Origin: Mycobacteriales bacterium | GTDB lineage: Bacteria; Actinomycetota; Actinomycetes; Mycobacteriales; QHCE01 | Reading direction: 5' to 3' | Assembly: GCA_013362805.1 (NCBI GenBank) | Contig: JABFVL010000004.1 | Coordinates: 74,034 to 138,033, forward strand | DNA length: 64,000 nucleotides | Shown here: positions 15,744 through 26,478 of the stretch, one piece after another | Numbering within the stretch: the first letter of the stretch is position 1 | Layout of the letters: every line of letters begins with the position of its first letter | The notes under the pieces: generated by a model | What the model was told of the DNA's origin: nothing | Databases searched by the model: none | Seen by the model: the letters and a program-made list of their open reading frames with translations, nothing else | Made by a program: the position numbers and the translations under genes

Positions 15744-15990
15744 GTGCCTCCTCTCTTGCGCACTAAGGCTGGTCACAATAATCCGATCCGGCGAGAGGGC
15801 GGATCGAGTTACCTGACGAGAGGGACCCAAAGAAAAAACCCCGGCGCAGGGCACGGGGCATGGCGCGAAACGCGCGAAGCTTCCGTCCTACCTGCGCGGG
15901 TCGCCCCTTGGGGGACCTTCGGCCATCAAGGATGGCAACCAGCGGTCTTGGGTGGAACTCTTGCAAGAGTAACTAATGCTCTTGAGCACT
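15744..15990 (-). promoter_or_regulatory. rplJ 5' leader (possible L10/L12 autoregulatory leader)
   Basis: A GC-rich, structured untranslated region about 250-300 nt long lies between the rplA terminator and the rplJ start. L10 leaders are known at this position in Actinobacteria. I did not fold or model the structure. Confidence 0.3.
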
Positions 15991-16012
15991 CGCGCACTGG
16001 GTGCTCAAAACG

Positions 16013-16046
16013 ACGACAGCGCCCTAGTTTTCTAGGGCGCTGTCGT
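16013..16046 (-). terminator. Intrinsic terminator downstream of rplA
   Basis: 15-bp perfect stem ACGACAGCGCCCTAG / CTAGGGCGCTGTCGT with a TTTT loop. On the minus strand it is followed by CGTTTTG. It lies 19 nt after the rplA stop. Confidence 0.8.
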
Positions 16047-16064
16047 TTAAGCAGTGTTTTACTT

Positions 16065-16781
16065 TTATGCGGCCGCGTCTTCTTCAAGCAGCGCGCGAGT
16101 GCGGTTCGGGTCGACTGGAATGCCCGGGCCCATGGTGGTGGAGAAGGTAACCTTCTTAAGGAACTTGCCCTTGGCTGCCGCTGGCTTGGCCCGCAGGACC
16201 TCATCCAGAGCCGCGCCGTAGTTTTCGACGAGCTGCTCGGTGTTGAAGCTAGCCTTGCCGATGACCAAGTGCAGGTTGGCCTGCTTGTCGATGCGGAAGT
16301 TGACCTTACCGCCCTTAATGTCAGCCACCGCTTTGGTGACGTCCATTGTGACCGTGCCGGTCTTGGGGTTCGGCATCAGACCACGGGGACCCAGTACGCG
16401 AGCAACACGCCCCACCTTGGCCATCTGGTCAGGCGTAGCAATGGCCGCGTCAAAGTCGAGCCAGCCTTCTTGAATGCGAGCGATGAGGTCATCGCTGCCT
16501 ACCGCGTCCGCACCGGCGGCTTCGGCCTGAGCGGCCTTTTCACCAGTGGCGAAGACGATGACCCGAGCGGTTTTACCAGTGCCGTGCGGGAGGTTTACGG
16601 TGCCGCGAACCATCTGGTCGGCTTTTCGAGGGTCGACGCCTAGAGACATGGCGACCTCTACAGTGGCGTCAAACTTGCCGACAGTGGTTTCTTTGGCGAG
16701 CTTCGCAGCCTCAAGTGGGCTGTGCAGCCTCGATTTGTCGACTAGGTCGGCAGCTTTTTGGTAGTTCTTTCCGCGCTTCAT
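16065..16781 (-). CDS. rplA: 50S ribosomal protein L1
   Basis: 238-aa [18 protein letters not shown]... with the typical L1 sequence ([26 protein letters not shown]). Confidence 0.97.
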   Translation of the reverse strand: MKRGKNYQKAADLVDKSRLHSPLEAAKLAKETTVGKFDATVEVAMSLGVDPRKADQMVRGTVNLPHGTGKTARVIVFATGEKAAQAEAAGADAVGSDDLIARIQEGWLDFDAAIATPDQMAKVGRVARVLGPRGLMPNPKTGTVTMDVTKAVADIKGGKVNFRIDKQANLHLVIGKASFNTEQLVENYGAALDEVLRAKPAAAKGKFLKKVTFSTTMGPGIPVDPNRTRALLEEDAAA

Positions 16782-16938
16782 TTTTCTCTCACTTCATAAG
16801 TAGTGGTTGCGGGCCAGCGCTGGCCCTCCCACGAGTTCAAAATTGTGCGCCACCGCCGCGTGAGGCGATGGCAGATGAGCGCCCCGCGTCCTGAACCGCC
16901 CTTAAGGCAGACAGAGATGAACGGCACCGATCACGGGG

Positions 16939-17367
16939 TTACTTAACGTCGATACCCATCGAACGAGCGGTGCCCGCGATGATTTTTGAGGCGGCGTCGA
17001 GGTCATTGGCGTTGAGGTCCTGCATCTTTGTCTCAGCGATTTCGCGGACCTGGGCGAGACTGATCGTCGCGACCTTGGTCTTGTGCGGTTCGCCCGACCC
17101 CTTGTCAACGCCAGCTGCTTTCAGGATCAGCTTGGCCGCGGGTGGGGTTTTAGTGACGAAGGTGAAGGAGCGGTCTTCGTACACCGTGATCTCGACGGGG
17201 ACAATGTTCCCCCGCTGACCTTCGGTAGCGGCGTTGTACGCCTTGCAGAACTCCATGATGTTGACGCCGTGTTGACCAAGGGCCGGACCCACTGGGGGCG
17301 CGGGAGTGGCTTGGCCAGCCGGAATCTGGAGCTTGATAAGCGCCGAGACTTTCTTCTTGGGAGCCAT
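16939..17367 (-). CDS. rplK: 50S ribosomal protein L11
   Basis: ATG at 17365-17367 gives [42 protein letters not shown], the conserved L11 N-terminus. Confidence 0.97.
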   Translation of the reverse strand: MAPKKKVSALIKLQIPAGQATPAPPVGPALGQHGVNIMEFCKAYNAATEGQRGNIVPVEITVYEDRSFTFVTKTPPAAKLILKAAGVDKGSGEPHKTKVATISLAQVREIAETKMQDLNANDLDAASKIIAGTARSMGIDVK

Positions 17368-17451
17368 GAAAAACACATTCCTATTGGTAAAGGCACTGGT
17401 AAAAGCACTGCTAATGATGACCTCACACGCGCGAGGGCGCGTGGGGCCAAC

Positions 17452-18180
17452 CTATATTGTGGCGACCTGGTTGAAGTTGAGCTCAACCGGGGTCTCTCGC
17501 CCAAAGATAGAGACCAGAACTTTCAGTTTCTGCTGGTCGGCGTTGATCTCGCTGATCGTGGCTGGGAGCGTGGCAAATGCACCCTCGGTCACTGTCACCG
17601 AATCGCCAACCTCAAAGTCCAACACGCGAACTTCGCGCTTGGTTTCCTTCTTAGCCACAGCGGGTGCGAGGATTTTGACGACGTCATCTACGGACAGCGC
17701 TGATGGCTGATCGATACGCGAGGTGGCGCCGACAAATCCTGTCACACCAGGGGTGTTCCGCACCGCGGACCAAGATTCCGGGGTGAGGTCCATCCGCACC
17801 AGGATGTATCCAGGGAAAACTTTGCTTTGAATGTTTTGGCGCTTGCCATTTTTAACCTCAGTGACCTCACGAGTAGGCACCTCGATTTGGAAGATGAAAT
17901 CTTCCATGTCCAAGCTGGAAATACGGGTTTCCAGGTTGGTCTTCACTTTGTTCTCATATCCCGCATATGAGTGCACGACATACCATTCACCAGGAGCCCG
18001 ACGCAGCGCTTCCCGCAGTTCAGCCGCGGGGTCTACATCTTCGGCCTCTTCGTCAGCCTGCGCGGGGGGCTCGGTTGACTCATCTGAGACAGCTTGGGAG
18101 GTTTCCGCATCCACCGTGTTGTCAGGTGCCGCGTTTTCCTCGGCTGGAGTGCTCTCTACGGTCTCATCGAACTCGGGCAC
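17452..18180 (-). CDS. nusG: Transcription termination/antitermination factor NusG
   Basis: NGN domain ([19 protein letters not shown]) and KOW domain ([21 protein letters not shown]), after an acidic N-terminal extension of about 60 aa that is common in Actinobacteria. Confidence 0.95.
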   Translation of the reverse strand: MPEFDETVESTPAEENAAPDNTVDAETSQAVSDESTEPPAQADEEAEDVDPAAELREALRRAPGEWYVVHSYAGYENKVKTNLETRISSLDMEDFIFQIEVPTREVTEVKNGKRQNIQSKVFPGYILVRMDLTPESWSAVRNTPGVTGFVGATSRIDQPSALSVDDVVKILAPAVAKKETKREVRVLDFEVGDSVTVTEGAFATLPATISEINADQQKLKVLVSIFGRETPVELNFNQVATI

Positions 18181-18246
18181 GCGATGGCTCTTTCTTATCT
18201 ATGTGGTGTCAAACGTGGTAACTGCTTAATGAGCAGGCTACCCGGC

Positions 18247-18570
18247 CTAGCTGCCACTTTCAGCGTCAGGATCGCCGAAGAGGTAAAGAACTGCCTTGGC
18301 GAGGCCGAAGTCAAGGCCAGAAATAAACGCCACCATTATGACGACGAAGATCAACACCACTGTGGTGTATGTGACAAGGTCTTTACGCGTTGGCCAAATA
18401 ACTTTTCGCAGCTCAGCGACGACTTCGCGAAGGAAAAGCAGCAGTCGGCCGATTGCGTTTTTCTGCTTATCGCCTTTAGCCGAGCTTTTGCTCTTAGATT
18501 TGGCTTCGTCTTTAACGAGGTCTTTGTCAGCCGAGCCCTTGGCGCTCGCCGCCTCGTGCTTGTCTGCCAT
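18247..18570 (-). CDS. secE: Preprotein translocase subunit SecE
   Basis: Lys-rich N-terminus, then the conserved RLLLFLREVVAELRKVIWPTRKDLVTYT segment plus a single TM helix. It lies upstream of nusG, as is canonical. Confidence 0.9.
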   Translation of the reverse strand: MADKHEAASAKGSADKDLVKDEAKSKSKSSAKGDKQKNAIGRLLLFLREVVAELRKVIWPTRKDLVTYTTVVLIFVVIMVAFISGLDFGLAKAVLYLFGDPDAESGS

Positions 18571-18641
18571 GAGAGCTCCCCGTCTATCTAAAGATACTGA
18601 TTGCTACACCTAGCTTACGGTGATGGAGATCGATGTGGTGA

Positions 18642-18717
<76 letters not shown>

Positions 18718-18854
18718 TCAGGTCTCGCTTGCACGCGACCGACGCACAGCCTACCCAAGGGGGTTTGAGCTCGCGACACCAATACCGTACTGCATGGTAA
18801 GTCTGGGCCGTGACGGTGCGCGGCACCAAGCAAGGCTATGGCAGCATTGCAGTC

Positions 18855-20066
18855 ATGACCTCCTCAACGCGCCCGGCCCGGTTGAGCGCTCGCATAAGCG
18901 CTATCGCCGAATCAGCCACTCTCGCGATCGACGGAAAAGCTAAAGCGCTTAAAGCTGCTGGTGAACCCGTCATCAGTTTCGGAGCCGGTGAACCGGACTT
19001 CCCCACCCCTGGCTACATCGTCGAGGCAGCCGCGGCTGCCTGCGCAACGCCCGCTTACCACAAGTACTCCCCTACCGCCGGACTGCCGGCGTTGCGGGAA
19101 GCGATCGCGGAGAAGACTCTCCGGGATTCTGACGTCACGGTGTCAGCGAATCAGGTGCTAGTCACTAACGGTGGCAAACAAGCCGTTTATCAAGCGTTCG
19201 CCTCGATCATCGATCCCGGCGACGAGGTGATACTGCCGGCGCCATATTGGACAACGTATCCAGAGGCCATTGGCCTTGCCGGGGGCAAGCCAGTTGAGGT
19301 GCTCGCCGATGAGACACAGGACTATCTGGTCACGGTCGATCAGCTCGAAGCGGCGCGCACCCCAGCGACCAAAGCGCTGCTCATCTGCTCGCCTTCAAAC
19401 CCCACCGGTGCCGTATACAGCGCCGAGCAACTCGCCGAGATTGGCCGATGGGCTCTCGCGAATGGCATCTGGGTCATCACCGATGAGATCTACGAACACT
19501 TGGTCTATGGCGACACCAAGTCTGTGTCGATTTTGAGCGTGGTGCCCGAGCTTTCCGACACAACATTGGTCCTCAACGGCGTCGCCAAAACGTATGCCAT
19601 GACTGGCTGGCGTGTTGGTTGGATGATCGGCCCCGTGGACGTCATCAAAGCCGCGACGAACCTGCAATCACACCTGACCTCGAATGTGAACAACGCCGCG
19701 CAGGCCGCCGCGTTCACCGCGGTGAGTGGCGATTTGGAAGCCGTTCACACCATGCGTGAAGCATTTGACCGTCGACGCAAGTTGATGACACGGATGTTGA
19801 ACGAAATCGACGGAATCACCTGCCCCGAACCCCGTGGCGCCTTTTACGCTTTCCCATCGGTCAAGGCGATCATCGGACGCAATGTGGCCGGACGCCGAAT
19901 AGAAAGTTCCAGTCAGCTCGCCGAAGTGATTTTGGATGAGGCCCAAGTAGCTGTTGTCCCGGGCGAGGCGTTCGGTGCTCCCGGATACGTGCGGCTCTCG
20001 TACGCCCTTGGCGACGAGGACCTTGTCGAAGGCCTCACCCGCATAGCTCAGCTGCTAGCTCGTTGA
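18855..20066 (+). CDS. Pyridoxal-phosphate-dependent aminotransferase, class I (aspartate aminotransferase-like)
   Basis: ATG at 18855 ([20 protein letters not shown]...). Family blocks: [38 protein letters not shown] and the [15 protein letters not shown] lysine motif. Confidence 0.85.
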   Translation: MTSSTRPARLSARISAIAESATLAIDGKAKALKAAGEPVISFGAGEPDFPTPGYIVEAAAAACATPAYHKYSPTAGLPALREAIAEKTLRDSDVTVSANQVLVTNGGKQAVYQAFASIIDPGDEVILPAPYWTTYPEAIGLAGGKPVEVLADETQDYLVTVDQLEAARTPATKALLICSPSNPTGAVYSAEQLAEIGRWALANGIWVITDEIYEHLVYGDTKSVSILSVVPELSDTTLVLNGVAKTYAMTGWRVGWMIGPVDVIKAATNLQSHLTSNVNNAAQAAAFTAVSGDLEAVHTMREAFDRRRKLMTRMLNEIDGITCPEPRGAFYAFPSVKAIIGRNVAGRRIESSSQLAEVILDEAQVAVVPGEAFGAPGYVRLSYALGDEDLVEGLTRIAQLLAR

Positions 20067-21614
20067 TGGTTTTTTCTCGTAGAGGATGACGGTCATAGCC
20101 TTGGCTTCCCAGATGCGAACCTGGTTGTAGTGTTCGTAAATCAGGTCAGCTTTATGGCCGTCCATCCAAAACAATGGATCGTGTGCGTACCTGCCCCACC
20201 GGACAACCCACAACCGGGGAGCATCGTCCAGGCAGGTCGCGATTTTCTTGCACTCTTTCGGAATGAACTTTTTGGCATCCGCCGGTGTTCCATCGGCCAG
20301 CACATCCGGCGGCGCGTCATCACCCATGTAGTAGGCGACGCTCGCCCGAGCACCCCACACGTCGTTACGTGAATAAATCGCGACGTCTCCTGGGCGCTGA
20401 TTCTCACGAATCAACTTAGCGACAGCGCGCCCATCCATGTCAACATGGCCATCGGAACGACGCAGATCAATTTGGTGGGTTAGTCCTAGCAACGCGACTA
20501 CCGACAGGGCTACGGCGATCTTGCGCCACGAAAGTTGGGCCAACGCACAGGCCCCAAGAGCGATCAACGCTGGCGCGGCGAAGAGCACATAGCGCGGATT
20601 CCACAGTGAGACCACACGTGCCGCCAAGAAGAGCGCGATTGGCGGAATGACCGCCCAGGCAACCAACAGCGGAAGCCATTGCCCGACCCGGTCGGTGAGT
20701 GCGGCCCATAGCGCCAATCCCACGATCGCGCCGGCGATGACCCCCAGTCCGTACAGTTCGTTGGGAAATTCGGTTAGCGCGAGCAGCCGTGGTGTGGGAT
20801 TCCACGCGACTTGTTGTCGCTGACCCGCCCCAAGAATCATGATCGGTGTTGTGAGCGCCACCGCGATTCCGGCCGACAAAATCCAGCCCCACAGCAAAGC
20901 GCGGGGCCTGCCATGGCGGTTCCAATAGAGCACGAGCGCGACAGCGTGGGCACCCAGCAGCGTGAGTCCGACGAGGTGTGCGTAGCCGAGTCCGACGATC
21001 AATGCGCCGTAGCCAACCCATCGCCACCTGGTGGGTTTTTCTAGGGTGACGACGAGGACATAGGTTGCCGCGATGGCTAGCGCTACCACCACGGCGTACA
21101 CGCGGGCTTCCTGCCCGAAGCGGCTTATCGTTGGAGTGAGGCCAAAAAGCACACCGGCAGCGAGCCCGGCTCGGGCGGCGATCTGGGGAGTGTCAGGAGA
21201 CGCGCTGTTCATGATGCGGCGGGTGAGGGCGGCGAGCAGCCCGGCCGCTGCGGCCATAGCCAGCGCCGAGGGTAGGCGTAGCGAGAACTCCGAATCGCCG
21301 AATAGCGCGATCCAGAAGTGCATGAAGACGTAATAGACGCCCAGTACCGCATCTAGGTGCGGGAGCATCGCGAAAAGGTCGCTGAGCGAGCGGTCGGCGG
21401 CGAGCCAGGTGGCAAGCTCATCGCTCCATAGTGAGGCGCCGGAGAGTTTCCATAGGCAGACAACCAGTGTGAAGAGCGCTGGGATCCACCACACCCAGCG
21501 AGCGGTGTTTTCGGTTCGCTTCACCTGGGGTACCGCCTTGGGAGTGGCTGGGGGCGGGACCGTATCTGTAACCCCGGTAGAAGCTGCAGCTACATAAGAC
21601 AGGGTGGTCGACAT
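20055..21614 (-). CDS. Polytopic membrane glycosyltransferase, GT-C fold (family 39 / ArnT-PMT-like)
   Basis: 519 aa with about 11 hydrophobic helices, the N-terminal loop motif [10 protein letters not shown], and a C-terminal soluble domain. Confidence 0.6.
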   Translation of the reverse strand: MSTTLSYVAAASTGVTDTVPPPATPKAVPQVKRTENTARWVWWIPALFTLVVCLWKLSGASLWSDELATWLAADRSLSDLFAMLPHLDAVLGVYYVFMHFWIALFGDSEFSLRLPSALAMAAAAGLLAALTRRIMNSASPDTPQIAARAGLAAGVLFGLTPTISRFGQEARVYAVVVALAIAATYVLVVTLEKPTRWRWVGYGALIVGLGYAHLVGLTLLGAHAVALVLYWNRHGRPRALLWGWILSAGIAVALTTPIMILGAGQRQQVAWNPTPRLLALTEFPNELYGLGVIAGAIVGLALWAALTDRVGQWLPLLVAWAVIPPIALFLAARVVSLWNPRYVLFAAPALIALGACALAQLSWRKIAVALSVVALLGLTHQIDLRRSDGHVDMDGRAVAKLIRENQRPGDVAIYSRNDVWGARASVAYYMGDDAPPDVLADGTPADAKKFIPKECKKIATCLDDAPRLWVVRWGRYAHDPLFWMDGHKADLIYEHYNQVRIWEAKAMTVILYEKKPSTS

Positions 21615-21638
21615 GCCCGAATAGTAGTGTCTTGCCCG

Positions 21639-22577
21639 TTATTTCGCGTTCCGTGTTTCGGTTGGCAGGCGCACTATCGCTTTCGCCATGCCCAATACCT
21701 TTTCACCGCGCGCTTGTGCCGCCACGTCGATCTGAACCGCGTCATCGAGTTCTTTACGGACAATGGCGCCAAGAGAAAGCCCAGCTCCCACCATGTCGTC
21801 TGGCACCCGCACCGGCTTAACGAACTTGGTCGAATATTCCTTCAAATCGGCGGGGCTCGCCAGAACGTCGGTCACCGTGCGAGCCGCGATTCCCATGGTC
21901 AACATGCCGTGTGCGATGACCCCAGACAAGCCCACTGAACGAGCCACATGGTCGCTGTAGTGAATGGGATTGAAGTCGCCGGAGGCGCCCGCATAACGGA
22001 CAAGATCAGTCCGGCGAACCCGCACAACACGGTTAGGTAGCTCAGCACCCACTGACAACGGGATTGACTCCGTGATCACCGGCTCAAAAACCGGCGCATC
22101 GTCAGCTGACTCGCCCTCATCCACCATCGGCGCGGGCTCAGGCTCCTCATCGGGAGCCACGACGAGCGTGGAATCACAGGTCACCGCTGAACCACCAGCA
22201 ACACTAAGTTCGGCACGCGCCATCAGGATCGTGCTGGCTTTAAAGGAGCGAACAGAAGTGATCGTCAACTTCGCGTCAAGCTCTTGACCGGCGCATATCG
22301 GCTGGTGATACACGAAACTTTGCGCACCATGAACGACACGGTGCAGCGGAACACCAACACCAGCGAGCATTCGCTCCAACGCGGGCATGGTCACCACGAT
22401 GCCGAAGGTGGGCGGAGCCATCACGTCAGCTAGACCAAGCGAACGTGCGAAATCTCGATCCGTGAAAGCCGGGTTCTTTTCGCCCAGCGCCGCAGCGAAC
22501 TCTGCGATCTTGCCCGCAGTGACCGCATACGGCGCCTCGATGGCGTAAGTCGCCCCCGCTTCAACTCCCAGCGTCAT
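21639..22577 (-). CDS. Fused double hot-dog (3R)-hydroxyacyl dehydratase, HadA/HadB-like (MaoC N-terminal-type domain plus MaoC dehydratase domain)
   Basis: The N-half is hot-dog-like. An acidic/Pro linker follows (APDEEPEPAPMVDEGESADDAP). The C-half carries the hydratase-2 motif YAGASGDFNPIHYSDHVARS. It sits next to rpmG, as hadABC does in mycobacteria. Confidence 0.7.
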   Translation of the reverse strand: MTLGVEAGATYAIEAPYAVTAGKIAEFAAALGEKNPAFTDRDFARSLGLADVMAPPTFGIVVTMPALERMLAGVGVPLHRVVHGAQSFVYHQPICAGQELDAKLTITSVRSFKASTILMARAELSVAGGSAVTCDSTLVVAPDEEPEPAPMVDEGESADDAPVFEPVITESIPLSVGAELPNRVVRVRRTDLVRYAGASGDFNPIHYSDHVARSVGLSGVIAHGMLTMGIAARTVTDVLASPADLKEYSTKFVKPVRVPDDMVGAGLSLGAIVRKELDDAVQIDVAAQARGEKVLGMAKAIVRLPTETRNAK

Positions 22578-22593
22578 ACCGCCGGACCCCTAG

Positions 22594-22758
22594 TTAGCGG
22601 GTCTCGCGGTGCGCGGTGTGCTTGTTGCAGTTCGGGCAATGCTTCTTCACTTCGAGCCGGTCGGGGTTGTTACGCCGGTTCTTGCGAGTCATGTAGTTGC
22701 GGTTCTTGCAGTCCACGCAAGCCATGGTGATCTTTGGACGGACATCACTGCGGGCCAC
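22594..22758 (-). CDS. rpmG: 50S ribosomal protein L33 (absent from the ORF track: under 60 aa, GTG start)
   Basis: Reverse complement reads (GTG)[53 protein letters not shown]-stop, with the CxxC...CxxC zinc-ribbon L33 signature. Confidence 0.9.
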   Translation of the reverse strand: MARSDVRPKITMACVDCKNRNYMTRKNRRNNPDRLEVKKHCPNCNKHTAHRETR

Positions 22759-23123
22759 TGGAGTGCGCCTTTCTTATCTGAGTGCATCGACAGCTCAAGA
22801 GCGCTCAGTGCGCCTAGCTGAGTGAGCGCGGGGTGGCAACACCACACGCCAAGGCCCCAGTCTAGCCAACTACCCACGCAACCGAAGCAGGGGCTGCCGG
22901 ACCTGCCCTCTCGACGAGGACGCGAGTTGACCAAAGACGTCTCTAGCGGCCCCACGCCGAGTCCACATGGCGGGACTACGGAAGTGAGCTGCCCAGAAAA
23001 GGTAGCGGGAGAGAACCACAAGAAGCTCAAGCGCCTGAGAGGTGACCAGCTGACGCGGCAACCCGCGATGTGAGCGTTGGCAAAGGTCAGTTGAAGCGCA
23101 TCGAGCGCGATTCAACTGTGATG

Positions 23124-23197
23124 TAGCGGTGGCGGGATTTGAACCCGCGACACAACGATTATGAGCCGTTTGCTCTGCCTGGCTGAGCTACACCGCT
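23124..23197 (-). tRNA. tRNA-Met (anticodon CAT, elongator type)
   Basis: Minus strand reads AGCGGTGTAGCTCAGCCAGGCAGAGCAAACGGCTCATAATCGTTGTGTCGCGGGTTCAAATCCCGCCACCGCTA. The anticodon loop is CT-CAT-AA, and the anticodon stem lacks the three G-C pairs of initiator tRNA. Confidence 0.88.
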
Positions 23198-23305
23198 TTA
23201 CCCAAACCCCGTGAGGCCAGGGACATAACCCTGAATTGGGCTTGAGAGCTAGCTCTCAAGAGACTGCAAAGAATAAAGGTGAGACAGAATCTCACCTAAT
23301 TCTTG

Positions 23306-23378
23306 AGCCCCTTTACGGAATCGAACCGTAGACCTTCTCCTTACCATGGAGACGCTCTGCCGACTGAGCTAAAGGGGC
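23306..23378 (-). tRNA. tRNA-Thr (anticodon GGT)
   Basis: Minus strand reads GCCCCTTTAGCTCAGTCGGCAGAGCGTCTCCATGGTAAGGAGAAGGTCTACGGTTCGATTCCGTAAAGGGGCT. The anticodon stem is TCTCC/GGAGA and the loop is A-T-GGT-A-A. Confidence 0.88.
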
Positions 23379-23428
23379 GGAAGCAAGTGGAAGATTACAC
23401 GCCCCACGATAGAGCCGTTGTGGCGGGG

Positions 23429-25987
23429 TTAGCTTGTTAGATCGAGGGTTGTTCCCTTCTCTAGAAGCACTCTTCCGTCAGCCGTGCGTTCCTCCATCCA
23501 TCGCCAAACTTCGTCAGCTGGCAGCGGACCAGCGAAAAGAAAACCTTGAACGAGGTCACAACCGGTGTCGGAAAGAATTCTCAGCGCGCTTTCACTTTCC
23601 ACGCCTTCGGCGACCACCTGCAGATCGAGATGATGTCCCAGGTCAACGATAGCGCGGACGATGCTTCTATCGCTCGCATCGCTGGACATGCTGAGGATGA
23701 AAGACTTATCGATTTTCACCTCATGGACCGGCAGGTTGCGCAGATACGACAATGACGAATAACCGGTGCCAAAGTCGTCCACCGACAATCGCACCCCCAA
23801 CGCTTGCAGGCGTCGCAGTGTGGACAGCGGACGGCCGAATTCACCCACCATGGCGGTCTCAGTGATTTCCAGGGTCAAGGCGTCAGCTGGCAACTGCGCA
23901 GCCTGCAGCATCGCGTCAAGTTCGTCGGGGAATTGGGCGTCGAGCAAGCTCCGTGGCGACAAATTCACGGCCACCCCAATGTGTTGGCCCGAAGCGCGCC
24001 ATTGTCGACACTGCGCCAACGCTGAGCGAAGCACCGCCTTGGTGAGTGCACCAACCAACCCAGTGTGTTCGGCGACCGGAACAAAATCATCGGGTGAGAC
24101 GAGTCCGTATTCGGGGTGATCCCAGCGCACAAGGCATTCCATGCCAATGAGTTCAAAGTTTTGCAGTGCTATTTTCGGCTGGTAGTAGACGGTGAGCTCA
24201 TCATTGTCGATGGCGCGTCGCAATTCTGAGACCAACCCGAGTCGGTGCAGGCTTCGTGATTCCATCGTCGCGCGATATAGCTGAATGGACCTGGGGTTAC
24301 GTTTAGCGGCGTAGGTGGCGACGTCAAGGTGCTGCAGCAGCGTATTCACATCATTGCCGTGTTCGGGATACAGCACCACTCCTACGGCGGCGCCAACGTC
24401 CAAGGTGAGTTTGTCCATCCGTAGCGGCTCAGTCAGCGCGGCTTGAAGCGCGGCCGCCCTCGTTTGCACCTCTACTGCGCTAGCGGCCCGGAGCAGCACC
24501 GCGAACTCGTCGCCTCCCAAACGCGCGACGAGCGCGCCATCGGGCGCTTTTCTGAGCAGTCTGTCTCCCACTTCGATGAGAAGTTGGTCTCCTGCCTCGT
24601 GGCTGAGAGTCTCGTTCACATCTCGCAGCGAATCAACGTCGAATTGCATGACCGCTACTACCTCAGTGGGAACCGATTGGACACTGATCGCGTCCAGCAG
24701 AGCGGCGCTGAAGCGTCTGCGATTGGCAAGGCCGGTGAGCGCGTCGTGATACGCGTCGTGCCTGAGCCGTTCCATAAGCCGTGAGTTTTCAAGAGCAATA
24801 GCGGCATGGGCGGCCAATGTCTCCATGAGCCGAACTTCGGTACTGGTGAATGTGGCTAGCTCCCCCATACGGCCAGCGACTTCCAAACAACCGATTACCG
24901 CGGTTCCCGAGCGCAGTGGCACGGCAATGATGTCTTTGGCGTTCCGAGCGTCAAGACCTCTGGCAATTTCGCCGTGCGGGCTGGGTAGGTCCGATTTGAC
25001 GGTGCTGACGGCGACGGTTTTGCCCGTGAGGATGATTTGGCGGCGAATCGGGTCCGTGCCACCGTGTGGGTCATCGGTGACGCCCAGCTCGTTCTCATGG
25101 GCAATGAGCGACAGCTCCGGGTGCCGTTCGTCCGGCGGTAGCCACAGCGCCGCCGAGGTGGCTCCCAGCAGTTGCCGCGCTCGGGTCAGCAAGATATCGG
25201 CGAGGTTTCCATCTTGGCGACCTTCATCGAGGGCATTGGTGAGCTCGTACAGGTCGCCGACGGTACGAAAATGTTTGATTGAACGGGAGTAAAGACGATA
25301 TCCGAGCAGCAGCATGATGCCCAAAATCGCAAGAAGCACGATCGACCATGCGTTGACGGTGATGGCGAGAACGACGATGAGCCCAAGAGTTGGGTTTATG
25401 ACCACGGCGCCAAGGATTGAAACGGCGGCCCCTCGCACTTGCTCCGATGTCATTTTCCCTTGGACCATATTGATGGCGAAACCTACGGCCAATGCACCAA
25501 GAAGATTCGCGGGAACTATGGCCGCGAACGCCGCAATCCACGCCTTAGGGCTGGCAGCGTCGAAGTAGCCCAGTTGGTGAAAAACAAATGTCGCGAGGGT
25601 TGCTTCAAAGTAGACAACCGCGACGTTGAAATACACCTTGATGATTGGAAGTCGACGCCGGACGGTGTAAGTAAAGATGGTGAGCGGAATACGCAGTAAT
25701 ACGAATATGAGAGCGGGCGTGTAAAAGAAGCTCAGCAGGAGCGGTATTTCGATTGTGTTGAACGTGATGGTCTGTCGGCCGATTTCCAAGTCTATTTGGA
25801 TGTTGTCGGCGACTATCATGAGCAGCGCGATCGCGCCGATAGCCGTCCAATTGAGATCTGTGTAATCCTCTGGCGAGTAGATCGCACTTTGCATGAGCAG
25901 GGTGATAGTTAGCATCAATGCGCCTGCTGCGTAGATGGCGCGCTTGGCTCCTTGCAAACTCACAAAACGTTGGGCTGTTTCCACCAC
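23429..25987 (-). CDS. Membrane-anchored c-di-GMP turnover protein: multi-TM sensor region, then GAF, GGDEF and EAL domains
   Basis: About 8 N-terminal TM helices. GAF-like region ends in AAHAAIALENSRL. GGDEF domain (HDALTGLANRR, RLGGDEFAVLL). EAL domain (ECLVRW, DDFGTGYSSLSYL, KIDKSF, EGVES, QGFLF). GTG start. Confidence 0.85.
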   Translation of the reverse strand: MVETAQRFVSLQGAKRAIYAAGALMLTITLLMQSAIYSPEDYTDLNWTAIGAIALLMIVADNIQIDLEIGRQTITFNTIEIPLLLSFFYTPALIFVLLRIPLTIFTYTVRRRLPIIKVYFNVAVVYFEATLATFVFHQLGYFDAASPKAWIAAFAAIVPANLLGALAVGFAINMVQGKMTSEQVRGAAVSILGAVVINPTLGLIVVLAITVNAWSIVLLAILGIMLLLGYRLYSRSIKHFRTVGDLYELTNALDEGRQDGNLADILLTRARQLLGATSAALWLPPDERHPELSLIAHENELGVTDDPHGGTDPIRRQIILTGKTVAVSTVKSDLPSPHGEIARGLDARNAKDIIAVPLRSGTAVIGCLEVAGRMGELATFTSTEVRLMETLAAHAAIALENSRLMERLRHDAYHDALTGLANRRRFSAALLDAISVQSVPTEVVAVMQFDVDSLRDVNETLSHEAGDQLLIEVGDRLLRKAPDGALVARLGGDEFAVLLRAASAVEVQTRAAALQAALTEPLRMDKLTLDVGAAVGVVLYPEHGNDVNTLLQHLDVATYAAKRNPRSIQLYRATMESRSLHRLGLVSELRRAIDNDELTVYYQPKIALQNFELIGMECLVRWDHPEYGLVSPDDFVPVAEHTGLVGALTKAVLRSALAQCRQWRASGQHIGVAVNLSPRSLLDAQFPDELDAMLQAAQLPADALTLEITETAMVGEFGRPLSTLRRLQALGVRLSVDDFGTGYSSLSYLRNLPVHEVKIDKSFILSMSSDASDRSIVRAIVDLGHHLDLQVVAEGVESESALRILSDTGCDLVQGFLFAGPLPADEVWRWMEERTADGRVLLEKGTTLDLTS

Positions 25988-26478
25988 GAGTGAACCTTCA
26001 TCTCTCTGGCGCTATAAGTTTGGGGAGGCTTACCTACGCTCGAAAGCCGCATTGGTCCGCAATTCTTTTATGGACAATACGCCAGATATAGCACGGCTGC
26101 GGGCCGAATTGTTCGACCCGCAGCCGCTATAAACTGTTCGGCGGGTTAAAGCCAGCCGTTGCCCTCTGTTAGGCGCAAACTGGGCAGACTGATTCGACGC
26201 ATCCGCTCCCCCTCTTTGGGACGCCCTACTAACGCAGGGTTTCCTTTATTTGTGGGGCAGTTGTGTATCCGTTTCCCCTGAACTCCGCACAATTTGGAAG
26301 TCCCCGCGGTGCAAAACTGCATAAAGCCCGGTTTGCAGTTCGATTCCGCGTACGGATTGCCCCTCCGGGCATCGTTCCATGTCTTGGCAAGTTTCGCAGT
26401 AATTTACTACCGATTACTGCAGAAATCGGCCGAAAAGCTGAGTTAATTTCCCCACCAAATCAGACATACGTGACACGA

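Noticed and set aside
15732-16643. 303-aa plus-strand ORF spanning the rplJ leader and rplA.
   Set aside because: It is antisense to rplA and to the leader/terminator region, and its composition is not protein-like.
17995-18180. Acidic extension of about 60 aa at the NusG N-terminus. Also the Lys-rich SecE N-terminus and the Ala/Glu/Pro tail of L10 (15147-15230).
   Set aside because: Low-complexity extensions of these proteins are common in Actinobacteria and do not indicate a novel function.
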